The notes: generated by a model from the sequence alone, not told the origin. 62,597 nt of DNA, filler included, from 8 parts of 8 records of this genome joined end to end with filler, not necessarily neighbours in it; one strand, 5' to 3'. Counted from the first letter of the whole stretch, positions 1-11,729 are shown. Program-made: numbers and translations.

Positions 1-144
1 GGGGGAAAGTCAACCTCTGTCGGGCGATTGCCTGTAATTTAGCTGCAGAAGTCAGAAAAATATTTGTTTGCTGCCCCGCCCGTGGTACTTGGTATCCCCT
101 CGAACCGAAACATCCCGTACTTTTAAAACAAAAGGTGTTCAGAC

Positions 145-803
145 ATGTTTAAAGCCCTGATTTTCGATATGGATGGAACCCTGGTCGATTCCGAGCGCGT
201 GCATTGCAAGGCCTGGTCGGAGACGCTGTCCCCCTACGGGATAAGCGCTCCCCGTTCGAGCAGTTCGGTCGCTATGTCGGTGTCAGCGACGAGAGCATGG
301 CCGTCGAATTCGTCGAGTCCGGCGGGCTCGATGTCGGACCGGACCGGCTGCTGGACGAGAAACGTTCGCGCTATCGTTCACTGACCACACATATACCGTT
401 GCTCGACGGGGTCAATGAGCTGCTGGGACGGTGCAGCTCCGTCTACCCGATGGCGGTTGCGTCGTCCTCGCCCCACGGGGAAGTCACGAGGATCCTCGAG
501 CAGCACGGGTTGAAAGCGCTGTTCGAGCATATCGTCGGCGGCGATATGGTGGCGAACAAGAAGCCGGATCCCGAGATATACCTGAAAACGGCCGGCCTGC
601 TGGGCGTTGAGCCGGAATCCTGCCTCGCGTTCGAGGATTCCGGGGCAGGGGTGGCGGCGGCCCGGAGCGCGGGCATGAAGGTCGTGGCCGTTCCCCAGCA
701 CGTTACCGTCGATCACAATTTCAGCGATGCGGACGTGCGCGTGGCCAGCCTCCTCGAGGTGGACGACGCGCTCCTCAGCGCAGTGGCCGGGAAGCGCGGC
801 TGA
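145..803 (+). CDS. HAD-family phosphatase (beta-phosphoglucomutase-like), apparent frameshift near 250
   Basis: Motif I (IFDMDGTLVDSE) is in ORF 145..384; KKPDPEIY and FEDSGAGV are in ORF 204..803; the frame changes at a C-run. Confidence 0.85.
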
Positions 804-804
804 T

Positions 805-1485
805 CTATTCGCTGGCGCCGGGCAGGTACGGGCTCAGGTCTTTCACGTACCTGGTCAGTACTTTGAACCCGCTCTTGTTCAGCGTGGCGACGGCCCGGGC
901 GCCGTCGTCGCCGGGCAGGCGCAGGACCAGCTGGTGCAGGTCGGGGTAATCCTTGAACGGCCAGGTGATCAGGCTCTGGATATTGATGCCGAGATCGCGC
1001 AGGATCGTGCTGACCTCGGCGATCTTGCCGATCCGGTCATCCACCAGCACGCTGATGCGCACCGAGTCCTCGTTCATGCCAATCGCTTCGAGCAGTACCT
1101 CCATCACATCGGTGCTGGTGATAATGCCGACCAGCTTGTTGTTCTCCATGACCGGCAGGGCGTTGATATTGTGGGTCTGCATCACGAGTGCGGCCCGTTC
1201 AATGGTCGTTTCCGTGGTGACGGTAACGACGGTCTTGACCATGATCATCTTCACCTGGATAGTTTCCAGGAGATAGCTCAGTTCATGGTTACTCAGGGTC
1301 GTGGCGGGGGATGCCCAGTACTGCTTCAGGTCGCGATCGGAGATAATGCCGCTCAACTCGCCTTCTTTGTCGGTCACCAGCAGATGGTCGATGGCCCATT
1401 TGTCGATGAGTTCCTTCGCCTCGACCAGGGTTGCGTCGGGTGAGACGGTAATCAGGTTGGTGCGCATGATCCTGCCGATATACAT
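805..1485 (-). CDS. CBS-pair plus ACT domain protein (AcuB-like)
   Basis: Two CBS repeats (GIISDRDL, GIITSTDV) and a C-terminal ACT-like segment (DDRIGKIAEV). Confidence 0.85.
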   Translation of the reverse strand: MYIGRIMRTNLITVSPDATLVEAKELIDKWAIDHLLVTDKEGELSGIISDRDLKQYWASPATTLSNHELSYLLETIQVKMIMVKTVVTVTTETTIERAALVMQTHNINALPVMENNKLVGIITSTDVMEVLLEAIGMNEDSVRISVLVDDRIGKIAEVSTILRDLGINIQSLITWPFKDYPDLHQLVLRLPGDDGARAVATLNKSGFKVLTRYVKDLSPYLPGASE

Positions 1486-1774
1486 GATGCTCCTCCACGT
1501 ATTGGATATGAGTGATGCGTTTGGGTCTGTCTCTGGCTGCTGGTACTATAAATACATGTCGGTTCCGAAACAATCCATTTATTGGTCAAGAGCGGAGTGG
1601 GAGAGAGGAGGGGGAGCGCGATTCGGAGTTCTGTAGCTAAACTGAAAAAAAACTTGCCTGTAACGCGGATTTCAGAGTATTTTCCTAGGTTGCCTAAAAG
1701 CCGGATGGCTTGACCGTAAAGCTGCCCGACATCGATCAACCGTGTGAATTTCAGGAGCGAGATAAGATCAGGAT

Positions 1775-3589
1775 ATGACAGCAACGACACAGAGTACATC
1801 AACCTGGATGTCCGGGAACGAAGCGATCGCGCTGGGTGCCTACGAGGCCGGTGTGGCGGTTGCTTCAGGTTACCCGGGTACGCCGTCGACGGAGATAATG
1901 GAATATCTGTCCGGCTATGATTCGGTCTATACCGAGTGGGCTCCCAATGAAAAAGTAGGCCTCGAGGTGGCCATCGGTGCATCGTTTGCCGGGGGGAGAG
2001 CCCTTGCGACAATGAAGCATGTCGGCCTCAACGTCGCGGCGGATCCACTCTTCACTGCGTCTTATACCGGCGGCAGGGGGGCTCGTGGTGCTGACCGCTG
2101 ACGACCCGAGCATGCATTCGTCCCAGAACGAGCAGGACAACCGGAACTTTGCCCTTGCGGCCAAAATGCCGATGCTTGAACCGTCGGACCCGGCCGAGGC
2201 CAAGGAGTTCCTGAAGAAGGCATACGAGATCAGCGAGGAGTTCGACACCCCGGTGCTGCTCAGGATCACGACCCGCATCGCCCACGTTAAAGGGGTGATC
2301 GCACGCGGTGATGTGGTCGAGCCTCCGGTCGAGCGTGCCATCGAAAAACACCCGGAAAAATTCGTGATGCTGCCGGCCATGGCGCGGACCCGGCGAGTCC
2401 ATGTCGAAGAGCGCATGAAGCGCTGTAAGGAGATGGCGGAGACGGCATCGTTCAACGTTGTCGAGGACGGCGACAGGAAACGGGGATTCGTCACTTCCGG
2501 CGTGTCGTATCTATACGTGAAAGAGGCGTTCCCGGAGGCGGCGGTGCTCAAGCTCGGCATGTGCTGGCCGCTGCCTGAAAAACAGATTCGTGCATTCGCG
2601 GACTCGGTTGAAGAATTGATCGTGGTCGAGGAACTCGATCCGTTCCTCGAGACACAGCTCAAGGCGATGGGCATCGCTTGCCGCGGCAAGGAACTGATCC
2701 CGGCAATCGGAGAACTCAATACCGCCATCGTGAGGCAGTCCGTCGATCCGGATCGCGCACCGCAGGACCTGTATGCGCCGGTCGATCTGCCCCTCGCCCA
2801 CCGAACATGTGTGCCGGTTGCCCGCACCGCGGCATCTTTTTCACCCTGTCGCGGCTGAAGGTGTTCGTGTCCGGCGATATCGGCTGCTACACGCTGGGCT
2901 TTCTGCCGCCGCTCAGTGCGCTCGATTCGACCGTGTGCATGGGCGCGTCGATCCCGATGGCCCACGGCATGGTCAAAGCTGCCGGCGAAGGCAGCCACGA
3001 CAAGGTGGTCTCGGTAATCGGCGACTCGACCTTTGTCCACTCAGGCATCACCGGGCTGATCAACTCGGTCTACAACGGCTCGGCGGCGACGCTGATCATC
3101 CTGGACAACCGCATCACCGCGATGACCGGCCAGCAGCCCAACCCCGCATCGGGCAATACCATCCGCGGCGAGGCCGCACAGGCGCTCGATCTCGAGGCGT
3201 TGTGCCGTGCCTGCGGAGTGAAACAGGTGCGCATCCTCAACCCGCACGATGTCCCCGAGTGCCGCAAGGTGATCAAGGAAGAGTTAGAGCGCGACGAGAT
3301 GTCGGTCATTATCGCCCAGGCGCCGTGTGTGCTGCTGCCGGAGATGAAGCTGCGCAAGCCGGTGTCCTACTATACCAACGTGGACAACTGCGTCGGTTGC
3401 ACATCGTGCATCAGGCTCGGTTGCCCGGCGATCAGCTGGACGCCGTTTGCGGAAGGCGAGGCCGAAGAACGGGGCTACAAGAAGAGCCAGAAAGGCTACT
3501 CCAGGATCGATGAAGTACTCTGCAACGATTGTGGACAGTGTGCGTCGTTGTGTAAGTTCAATGCGATAACCAGGGGAGAGCCGAAATAA
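1775..3589 (+). CDS. iorA: Indolepyruvate:ferredoxin oxidoreductase alpha subunit, two apparent frameshifts (~2075, ~2795)
   Basis: [50 protein letters not shown] motif [15 protein letters not shown] and C-terminal ferredoxin cysteines, spread over three frames. Confidence 0.93.
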
Positions 3590-4173
3590 TGGAAGCGATT
3601 AAAAATATACTGTTTTCCGGAGTCGGAGGGCAGGGAATCCTGCTGGCCAGCGAGCTGACCGCGTCGACTCTGCTGCAGGCCGGATATGATGTGAAGAAAA
3701 GTGAAGTCCACGGAATGGCCCAGCGCGGCGGCTCGGTAACCGCCCAGCTGCGCTACGGGGCGCGTGTCTATTCGCCGCTGATCGAGCCAGGTGCGGCCAA
3801 TATCCAGATGGCCTTCGAGATGATGGAGGCGGTACGCTACCTGCCCTACCTGAATGCGGACAGTACCGTCATCGTCAACACGCAGCAAATCCTGCCGCCG
3901 TCCGTGGCGACGGGCAAGGCCACGTATCCCGTGGATGTACTCGATGAACTGAAGAAGAGAGACATCAGGGTGATCGGTGTCGACGCGTTTGAAATTGCGA
4001 AAGAGGCCGGTGAAGTCAGGACTGCGAACGTCGCGCTGGTCGGCGCTCTCTCGGTTCACCTCGACGTCGATTCGGCGATCTTCGAGGATGTCATCGAGAA
4101 GCGGGTTCCACAGCGGTTCCTGAAAGAGAATATGAAGGCGTTTGCCGCCGGCCGCGAAGCCGGCGGCAGGTAG
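3589..4173 (+). CDS. iorB: Indolepyruvate:ferredoxin oxidoreductase beta subunit
   Basis: GVGGQG and SEVHGMAQRGGSV; overlaps the iorA stop (TAATG). Confidence 0.93.
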   Translation: MEAIKNILFSGVGGQGILLASELTASTLLQAGYDVKKSEVHGMAQRGGSVTAQLRYGARVYSPLIEPGAANIQMAFEMMEAVRYLPYLNADSTVIVNTQQILPPSVATGKATYPVDVLDELKKRDIRVIGVDAFEIAKEAGEVRTANVALVGALSVHLDVDSAIFEDVIEKRVPQRFLKENMKAFAAGREAGGR

Positions 4174-4203
4174 ACGACGCGAGCTCAGGAGGAGAGGGGA
4201 AAC

Positions 4204-5514
4204 ATGTCGACAATTTACTGGGAAGAGGAAATGGAAACCCTGCCGCGCGTCGGGCTGGAGTCGATCCAGCTGAAGCGTCTGCAGTCGCTGATCGCCAGGG
4301 TCTACGATACGGTCGAGCCGTACCGGAAAAAGATGGATGAAGCCGGGGTGAAGCCCGGGGACATTACCAGTCTTGCCGATCTGCGCACGTTGCCCTTCAC
4401 CACGAAGGACGACCTGCGGGACAACTACCCGTTCGGCATGTTCACGATGGACCTGCACGACATCGTCCGGGTCCATGCATCATCGGGAACCACCGGTAAA
4501 CCGACGGTGGTCGGCTACACGGTAAAGGATATCGATACATGGGCCAACCTGATGGCCCGGGCACTCTCTTGCGCCGGCGCGTCGAAGGGCGACATGGTCC
4601 ACAACGCATACGGCTACGGGTTGTTCACCGGTGGTCTCGGCGCCCACTACGGTGCGGAGAAACTCGGTGCGACGGTCATCCCGGTGTCCGGCGGCAACTC
4701 GAAGCGGCAGATAACGATCATGAAGGATTTCGGTTCCACCGTCCTAATGTCCACGCCGTCCTATGCGCTCAACCTCGCCGACGCGATGGAGCAGATGGAC
4801 ATCGATCCGTCCTCGCTGTCGCTGCGGGTCGGTATTTTCGGAGCTGAACCGTGGAGCGACAATATGCGCGAAGAGGTCGAAAAGAAACTGAACCTCAAGG
4901 CGGTCGATATTTACGGCCTCTCCGAGGTGATCGGCCCCGGAGTCGCGCAGGAGTGCCTTGAATCGTCGGGCGGAATGCACATCTTCGAAGATCACTTTCT
5001 GCCCGAAATCATCGATCCCGATACCGGTGAGATCCTGCCCCCCGGGGAGCGGGGAGAGCTGGTGTTCACCACGTTGACGAAGGAGGCGTTTCCGGTGATC
5101 CGCTACCGGACCAAGGATATCACCACGCTGCACTACGAGACCTGTAATTGCGGCCGTACCCTGGTCCGCATGGACAAGGTCACCGGGCGCACGGATGACA
5201 TGCTGATCATCCGCGGGGTGAACGTCTTCCCGTCGCAGATCGAGCACGTGCTGATGGGGATCGAAGGGGTCGAGCCTCACTACCAGATAATCGTGGAGCG
5301 TGAGGGCACGATGGACACGATGAACATCGAGGTCGAGGTAAGCGACTCCCTGTTCACCGACGAGATCAGGGGCTTGGAGGAGCTCACCAGGAGGATTACC
5401 CGGGATATCAAGGATATCCTCGGCGTAACCTGCCGGGTGAAGCTGGTCAATCCGAAAGCTATCCAGCGCAGTGAAGGCAAGGCGCAGCGGGTCATAGACA
5501 AGCGTAAAATTTGA
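4204..5514 (+). CDS. paaK: Phenylacetate-CoA ligase family protein
   Basis: [53 protein letters not shown]. Confidence 0.92.
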   Translation: MSTIYWEEEMETLPRVGLESIQLKRLQSLIARVYDTVEPYRKKMDEAGVKPGDITSLADLRTLPFTTKDDLRDNYPFGMFTMDLHDIVRVHASSGTTGKPTVVGYTVKDIDTWANLMARALSCAGASKGDMVHNAYGYGLFTGGLGAHYGAEKLGATVIPVSGGNSKRQITIMKDFGSTVLMSTPSYALNLADAMEQMDIDPSSLSLRVGIFGAEPWSDNMREEVEKKLNLKAVDIYGLSEVIGPGVAQECLESSGGMHIFEDHFLPEIIDPDTGEILPPGERGELVFTTLTKEAFPVIRYRTKDITTLHYETCNCGRTLVRMDKVTGRTDDMLIIRGVNVFPSQIEHVLMGIEGVEPHYQIIVEREGTMDTMNIEVEVSDSLFTDEIRGLEELTRRITRDIKDILGVTCRVKLVNPKAIQRSEGKAQRVIDKRKI

Positions 5515-5529
5515 GATCTGGGGTAAATC

Positions 5530-5961
5530 ATGCGCGTAGAACAGATTGCAGTATTTCTGGAGAATAAATCGGGACGCCTGGCTGAGATCACCGCGGTCCT
5601 GGCCGAGAACAACATCAACATCCGGGCCCTGTCCGTGGCCGACACGGCTGATTTCGGCATCCTGCGGCTGATCGTTGACAAGGTCGAAGAGGCGGAGCGG
5701 GTACTGAAGGAAAAAGGCTTTACGGTCGGTAAAACGACGGTGATCGCCGTCGAGGTCCCTGATCGGACCGGCGGGTTGGCAGCGGTGCTCGACTGTGTCC
5801 AGAAGATCGGGCTCAATGTCGAATACATGTACGCCTTCGTAAATAAAACAGGAGAGAACGCGGTTCTGATATTCCGCTTCGACGACATGTCCCTGGCAAT
5901 CGAATCGCTTCAGCAGGAGGGGTTCACGATTCTCCACAGCAGTCAGGTCTATAATCTTTAA
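5530..5961 (+). CDS. Double ACT-domain protein
   Basis: QIAVFLENKSGRLA and VPDRTGGLA..NVEYMYAF; the typical partner of paaK. Confidence 0.88.
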   Translation: MRVEQIAVFLENKSGRLAEITAVLAENNINIRALSVADTADFGILRLIVDKVEEAERVLKEKGFTVGKTTVIAVEVPDRTGGLAAVLDCVQKIGLNVEYMYAFVNKTGENAVLIFRFDDMSLAIESLQQEGFTILHSSQVYNL

Positions 5962-6107
5962 AGCGTTTTCCGGGTACCGCTTGTCTCTGAGGTGGAGACG
6001 GCCGTTTGGGTGGAAATCGGGCGTGCCGGGTTCCGCATTGGTGTAGTCGCGGTACGGTTGTGAAGGCCCCGTTTCCCACAGGGAACGGGACAGGAACGGG
6101 TGTGAGA

Positions 6108-7403
6108 ATGGTTTGGGACAAAAATGAGCAGATGGCAACCGGCGATCTGGCTGCGCTCCAGCTGGACAGGTTGAAGGCGACGCTTGGCAGGGTTGCGAAA
6201 CACGTTCCGTTTTACCGGAATACGTTCAAGGAAGAGCAGGTCGACCTGGACTCGTTCGCGAGCCTCGATGATATCCGGCGTTTGCCGTTCACCACCAAAC
6301 AGGACCTGCGCAACAACTACCCGTACGGGATGTTCGCGGTGCCGTTGCGAGACGTCGTCAGGATCCACTCTTCGTCCGGAACCACAGGTATGGCGACGGT
6401 GGTCGGGTATACCCACAACGACATCGTCACTTGGTCCAACCTGATCGCCCGCATCCTGACGATGGCCGGCGTCGGCGCCAACGACGTGATCCAGATCGCG
6501 TTCGGTTACGGGCTGTTCACCGGCGGGTTCGGGCTGCACTACGGCGCGGAGCGGCTCGGGGCATCGGTCATCCCGATCTCTTCGGGAAACACCCGGCGGC
6601 AGATCCAGATCATGCAGGATTTCAAGACCACCGCGTTGGTCTGCACGCCGTCGTATGCGTTGAAAATCGCCGATGTGATGATGGATATGGGGATCAACCC
6701 GAACGGTATGTCACTGCGCTACGGCCTGTTCGGGGCGGAGCCGTGGTCCGAGAAGATGCGGCAGGAGATCAGCGAGCGGCTCGGTATCCTCGCCACCGAC
6801 AACTACGGTCTCTCGGAGGTTATGGGACCCGGAGTGGCCGGCGAGTGTGCCGAGTGCAACGGGCTGCACGTGAACGAGGACCACTTCCTGATCGAAATTC
6901 TCGACCCGCAGAGCCTCGAGCCGGTAAAACCCGGCGATGTCGGGGAGTTGGTTATCACGACGCTGACCAAGGAAGCGTTCCCGGTCGTCCGCTATCGCAC
7001 CCGGGATTTGACCCGCGTCATCCCCGATACGTGCCCATGCGGGAGAACGTTCAGGCGGATCGAGCGCATCACCGGCCGCACCGACGACATGCTGATCATC
7101 AAGGGCGTCAATGTCTTCCCGACGCAGATCGAGTCGATTCTCTTCGATATCGAGGGAACCCAGCCGCACTACAACCTCATCATTGAGCGGGAGAACAACG
7201 AGGATCGGGTCACGGTGCTGATCGAGGTCGTCGAGTCGATCTTCTTCGACGAGATGAAGAAACAGCGCACCATCGTCGACAATATCAAGAAACGCCTCGC
7301 CTCGGAACTCGGGGTCGGGGTCAACGTCAAACTGGTCGAGGATCGGAGCCTGGAACGTTTTAACGGAAAAGGCGCCCGGGTTATCGACAAACGGGAGCTC
7401 TGA
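6108..7403 (+). CDS. paaK: Second phenylacetate-CoA ligase paralog
   Basis: [38 protein letters not shown]; start placed at ATG 6108 by alignment with the first copy. Confidence 0.9.
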   Translation: MVWDKNEQMATGDLAALQLDRLKATLGRVAKHVPFYRNTFKEEQVDLDSFASLDDIRRLPFTTKQDLRNNYPYGMFAVPLRDVVRIHSSSGTTGMATVVGYTHNDIVTWSNLIARILTMAGVGANDVIQIAFGYGLFTGGFGLHYGAERLGASVIPISSGNTRRQIQIMQDFKTTALVCTPSYALKIADVMMDMGINPNGMSLRYGLFGAEPWSEKMRQEISERLGILATDNYGLSEVMGPGVAGECAECNGLHVNEDHFLIEILDPQSLEPVKPGDVGELVITTLTKEAFPVVRYRTRDLTRVIPDTCPCGRTFRRIERITGRTDDMLIIKGVNVFPTQIESILFDIEGTQPHYNLIIERENNEDRVTVLIEVVESIFFDEMKKQRTIVDNIKKRLASELGVGVNVKLVEDRSLERFNGKGARVIDKREL

Positions 7404-7410
7404 TACCCTC

Positions 7411-8120
7411 TTGAAGACGATACGCAGTCACAACCGAACGGCGGACGAACTCAGGCCCGTTTCAATAGAGCCCGATATCCAGCCGCAGGCCTATTCGTCT
7501 CTGCTGATCAAATGCGGCAATACGCACGTGATCTGTGCGGTGAGCCTGGAGGACAAGGTTCCGCCGTTTCTCGAGGGGCGCGGACAGGGATGGATAACCG
7601 CGGAGTATTCCATCCTGCCCGGCGCGACCTCCTCGCGGTACCGCCGCGAGACCTCGGGAAGGTCCGGGCGAAGCATGGAAATCCAGCGGCTGATCGGCCG
7701 CAGCCTGCGCATGATGGTCGACCTTGCAGCACTGGATGGGTTCACGCTGCGGGTTGATTGTGATGTGCTCAACGCCGACGGTGGAACCCGCACCGCGTCG
7801 ATCACCGGAGCCGCCTTGGCGGTACAGGTGGCATTCGGAGAATGGTGGACGAAAAGCGGCTTGCTGCCATGCCCGAGCTGGTCCCTGTGGCGGCGATTTC
7901 CGTTGGAGTAGTGGGCGGTGAGGTGCTGCTCGATCTCGATTATCCGGAGGACTCCGGTGCCGACGGTGACGGCAACTTCGTGATGGCCGGTGACGACTGG
8001 GTGGAAATCCAGGTAACCGGCGAGGGTAGGCCGCTGTCCGACGATCAGTTCGCGTCGATGCAGCGTATGGCCCGCAAAGGCATCGGCGAGCTCTACGCGT
8101 TGTGGAGCGGCTTCAAATAG
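7411..8120 (+). CDS. rph: Ribonuclease PH, apparent frameshift near 7835
   Basis: [38 protein letters not shown]; continues in the next frame with [15 protein letters not shown]. Confidence 0.9.
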
Positions 8121-8129
8121 ATTTCTCCC

Positions 8130-8914
8130 ATGGCGAAATCGATCAGCGGTACCAGGGAGTGGGCGGTTGCCGAAATCAATTGCTCGGTGGGGTGTCCCCA
8201 TGACTGCCGGTATTGCTATGCACGCGTGGCTGCCCTGAAAGGGGGATTGCCGCTGCCGAAGACTGGCGAGAGAGCCGGGTCGACGAGGACCTGGCCGCTG
8301 TTGAGCATCCCCGCTACCCTGGCCAGGTGATGTTCCCGACGGCCCACGACATCGTCGAGGAGAACCTGGACGCATCCCTGCAGGTGATCGGCGGTCTGCT
8401 CGACGGCGGCAACCGGGTACTGATCGTTTCCAAACCTTCTGCGGCGTGTATCGAGCGGATCTGTGATGTGTTCACCGAAGAGCGGGAGCAGCTCCTGTTT
8501 CGCTTCACCATCACGGCACGCAACGACGACATCCTGTCGTTCTGGGAACCGGGTGCCCCTGCCTATCGTGAGCGACGACGCGCGCTCGAGCTCGCGTTTT
8601 CGCGCGGGTTTGCAACTTCGGTCAGCATCGAGCCGATGCTCGACCTCGGCGATGTCAGAGAACTCATCGCCGAGGTGTCACCCTCTGTCACCCACTCCAT
8701 CTGGATCGGCACGATGAACAAAATCGATGAGCGGGTGAGGATTACCTGCGACCGGACAGCGGCGGAAGTCGCACGAATCAGGTCTGAACAGGGCGATGAC
8801 AGGATCAGGGAACTGTTCGAGTCGCTCAAGGACCATCCGCTGATTCGCTGGAAGGAGTCGATCAAACGGGTGGTCGGGCTGGAGCTTCTCAGTGAAAGCG
8901 GGCTGGACAGATAA
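8130..8914 (+). CDS. Radical SAM protein (spore-photoproduct-lyase/DUF5131-like), apparent frameshift near 8240
   Basis: CSVGCPHDCRYCYA (CxxxCxxC) followed in another frame by WEPGAP and SVSIEPM. Confidence 0.75.
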
Positions 8915-8925
8915 AGGAGACAGTA

Positions 8926-9521
8926 GTGAAGAGAAAACGGTGTGAAATTGTTAAAAGAGATGAGATCGATGCGGTTCTGCTGCAGGCCCGGATCGGCAGG
9001 CTGGGAACCATCGGGGCAGACGGGTATCCATATGTAACTCCCGTCAACTATGTCTACCATGACGGTTCGATCTATTTTCACTGCTCCCGTGTCGGTGAGA
9101 AACTCGACAATATCAGGCGTGATGAGCGGGTCTGCTTCGAGGTGGATATCCCGCTTGCCTATCTCGACCTTGACTATTACGGAGAAAACCCGGAGGCCTG
9201 CGGCGTTACCCAGTTCTACCACTCAGTCATCATCAGGGGAGAGCCGGGCTCGTCATGGATCTTGATGAGAAAGTAGGCGCGTTGAATGCGCTGATGGTCA
9301 GCCACGAACGGGAAGGGCGGCAGTTCCAGGCGATCACCGCCGATACAAAGGCGGTATCGCTGTGTGAGGTGGTGGCCGTGAGGGTTGAATCGGTTACCGG
9401 TAAAAGAGAACTGGCCCAGAAGAAAAGCAGAGAGGAAAAAGAGCGGCTGGCCGCCTATCTCCGGAGAAGAAATCTGCCGGGGGACAGTGACGCAGCAGAC
9501 TGGATTGTCGACGCCGGATGA
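8926..9521 (+). CDS. Pyridoxamine 5'-phosphate oxidase-like flavin-binding protein, apparent frameshift near 9240
   Basis: GYPYVTPVNY..IYFH..GEKLDNI..VCFEVD..YHSVIIRG, then EKVGALNALM..VTGK in the next frame. Confidence 0.8.
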
Positions 9522-9680
9522 TAATCAAACAATGGAGGCTGCTTTGAAAAAAATGTCTTCTGGCCCACTCTCTGCGTTGCGTGCGTAAATTGTCTCCTCG
9601 ACATATCACCTGTACGAGTTGATCCGCCGTACGATTTGATCCACCGCGAAGAGAAACGGCAGGCGCGCGTCCCGATTGAC

Positions 9681-9899
9681 TCAGCCTTCTGCTGAGGTCT
9701 TGAGTCGGTGGATGAGCACAAAAGCGAGCGCTGCGCGTTCATTTCTGCTCAAACCTGCTTCGAGCTCAGCGAGCGCCGACTGGATCTTCTCCGATGAACC
9801 GGGCTCTTCCTCCGCGAGGCGCAACGCCTCGCCCATCTGTTGTTCGTTGATGCAGTGAACGGATTTTCCGCCCAGCAGCGGTATCGGTTCAGGTGCCAC
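9681..9899 (-). CDS. Small hypothetical protein overlapping the IscA-like gene
   Basis: 72-aa ORF whose GTG start overlaps the end of the upstream gene; a GGGGGG purine run lies just upstream. Confidence 0.55.
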   Translation of the reverse strand: MAPEPIPLLGGKSVHCINEQQMGEALRLAEEEPGSSEKIQSALAELEAGLSRNERAALAFVLIHRLKTSAEG

Positions 9900-10251
9900 A
9901 GCTCACCCCCTCCCCGCTGAGCGCAGGGAATCCGGCAAGCGCGAAGCTCGCTCCGCAGCCGCAGGATGAATCGTTGTTGCCGTTGCTGAACCTGAAACCG
10001 GCTGATATGAGGTCATCGGAATGATCAATGACCAGCCCGTCGAGAAACTTCAGGCTGTCCTCGGTCGACACGATCATCAGGTCGCCGTCGGTCTGGACGA
10101 TCTGTTCGTTGTCGTATGTTACCTTATCGAGTTCCGCATCATAGGTCATACCTGCGCAGCCACCGTTCTTGATGAGGATGCGGAGATACCTGTTTTTTCC
10201 TCCGCTCTGGCGCTCGAGCACCCTGCGGGCATTGTCTGTGATTGTTATCAT
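9889..10251 (-). CDS. HesB/IscA (A-type Fe-S carrier) protein
   Basis: ITITDNA..LRI..GGCAGMTY..GFRFSN..SCGCGASF; AGGAG ribosome-binding site. Confidence 0.88.
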   Translation of the reverse strand: MITITDNARRVLERQSGGKNRYLRILIKNGGCAGMTYDAELDKVTYDNEQIVQTDGDLMIVSTEDSLKFLDGLVIDHSDDLISAGFRFSNGNNDSSCGCGASFALAGFPALSGEGVSCGT

Positions 10252-10611
10252 GATACTCCTTTATATTTAAGTGCTACAAAGTGGTATGTATTCCTGATCA
10301 TATAATAGGGTCGATTCCGGAAAACGAAAGGAAAAATAGAACGGGAGTACTATTTAGTAGAATTTGATCGAATCGGTGGTTGATAATTCTCGTGATATTG
10401 ATAAGTTGCTGTGATTTGTCTGAAAAAACTATGGAAATATTGAGGAAAACATCAATTGTTGGTGAATTGTGGTCAAAGCGTTTGCGTGCGGCCACTATCT
10501 GTGGTAAGTCAACGCAGTAGCATGTGACGAGCCGATACGGCTTGTTTCCCTGTATCAGCCGTGGCTGTAATCCTTCCACCCATCACTTATTTCGAGGAGA
10601 GGAGAAACATC

Positions 10612-11649
10612 ATGAAGAGGTATTTCATCCTGTTAGTTGTTCTAGTGCTGTGTATGCCATCGCTGGCCGTTGGTGCGGAAAAGAAAGACCCGTTGGCCGC
10701 GTGGAAACCCAAATTCGATCCCAGTGGTGCGGAGTTTACGTATATTCTGTCAAATATCTCCCACCCGGTCATCGAGGGTGTTGCAGCCGGTTACCGGATC
10801 CGTGACAAGGTCTGGGAGAAGACCGGCGGTCGCCTCTATGTCGACTATCGACCACTCGCCCAGCTGGGTGGAGAGAAAGACGTGATCTCCAAACTGAAGC
10901 TTGGTGCCGTACAGGGCATGCTCAGTTCGTCGGTTGCCGCCGCGAATGTCTCTGATCGTCTCGGCATTGTCAATCTGCCCTACGTTGTTGATACCTTCGA
11001 TAAGCTCGATACGTTCAGGAACGATCCGGAAACCTGGAAACCATTTGCAGAAGCGGCGATGAAAAATGGAGTCGTAGTTGCCGATATCACCGGTTACGGG
11101 CATTACGGGTGGGCAACGACGACGCCGGTCAAATCGATCGCCGATGCGAAAGGGGTCAATTTCCGCATTGCCGAGGCACCGGTCAATACCGATTCCTACA
11201 AGGAATGGGGACTGAAATTCACCGTCATGCCGTGGCCCGATGTTCCCCAGGCGCTGCAGACCGGAGTTATCACCGGGCTCGATCACACGGTGATTGTCTG
11301 TAATATTACGAAGAAATTCACCATTGCCAAATACTTCACCGAATTGAACTACGCCCAGGGCCTCTTCGTCCACCTGATCAACAAGCGCTGGCTGGACAAA
11401 CTTCCCGAGGATCTGCGCGCTACATTTCTCGAAGTAATCGCCGAGGAAAGTGCGGCAACCCGTGCGGCAACCAGGAAGCAGCATGATGCGCAGGTCGCGG
11501 CGGCCAAGGAGGCCGGTGTCGAGTTCATCAAACTTCCCGAGGCCGAAATCATGGAGCTGAAAAAAATGGCTGAGCCGGTTCTGCAGAAGTGGGGCGAGAA
11601 AATCGGACCTGACTATCTCGCCACGGTGAGGACAAAACTCGGTTCATAA
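10612..11649 (+). CDS. dctP: TRAP transporter substrate-binding protein
   Basis: Signal peptide, AQLGGE, FRIA (conserved Arg), MPWPDVPQALQTGVITG. Confidence 0.88.
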   Translation: MKRYFILLVVLVLCMPSLAVGAEKKDPLAAWKPKFDPSGAEFTYILSNISHPVIEGVAAGYRIRDKVWEKTGGRLYVDYRPLAQLGGEKDVISKLKLGAVQGMLSSSVAAANVSDRLGIVNLPYVVDTFDKLDTFRNDPETWKPFAEAAMKNGVVVADITGYGHYGWATTTPVKSIADAKGVNFRIAEAPVNTDSYKEWGLKFTVMPWPDVPQALQTGVITGLDHTVIVCNITKKFTIAKYFTELNYAQGLFVHLINKRWLDKLPEDLRATFLEVIAEESAATRAATRKQHDAQVAAAKEAGVEFIKLPEAEIMELKKMAEPVLQKWGEKIGPDYLATVRTKLGS

Positions 11650-11694
11650 ATACGGTTGAGCCCCAGGGGTGCCATTGCTGCACCCCGAAATTGC

Positions 11695-11729
11695 GGTCGG
11701 AGAAGCGTGCTTCTCCGACCTTTTTTTTT
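11695..11729 (+). terminator. Intrinsic terminator or mRNA-stabilising hairpin after dctP
   Basis: GGTCGGAGAAG-cgtg-CTTCTCCGACC followed by a T-run. Confidence 0.8.

Noticed and set aside
1865-6138. Long antisense ORFs (for example 1865..3040, 3496..4476, 4744..6138; also 25661..26797)
   Set aside because: Shadow frames of GC-rich genes, with no motifs of their own.
9889-10251. HesB-like selenoprotein
   Set aside because: All motif cysteines are Cys codons; the terminal TGA overlaps the next gene and I see no SECIS-like support.
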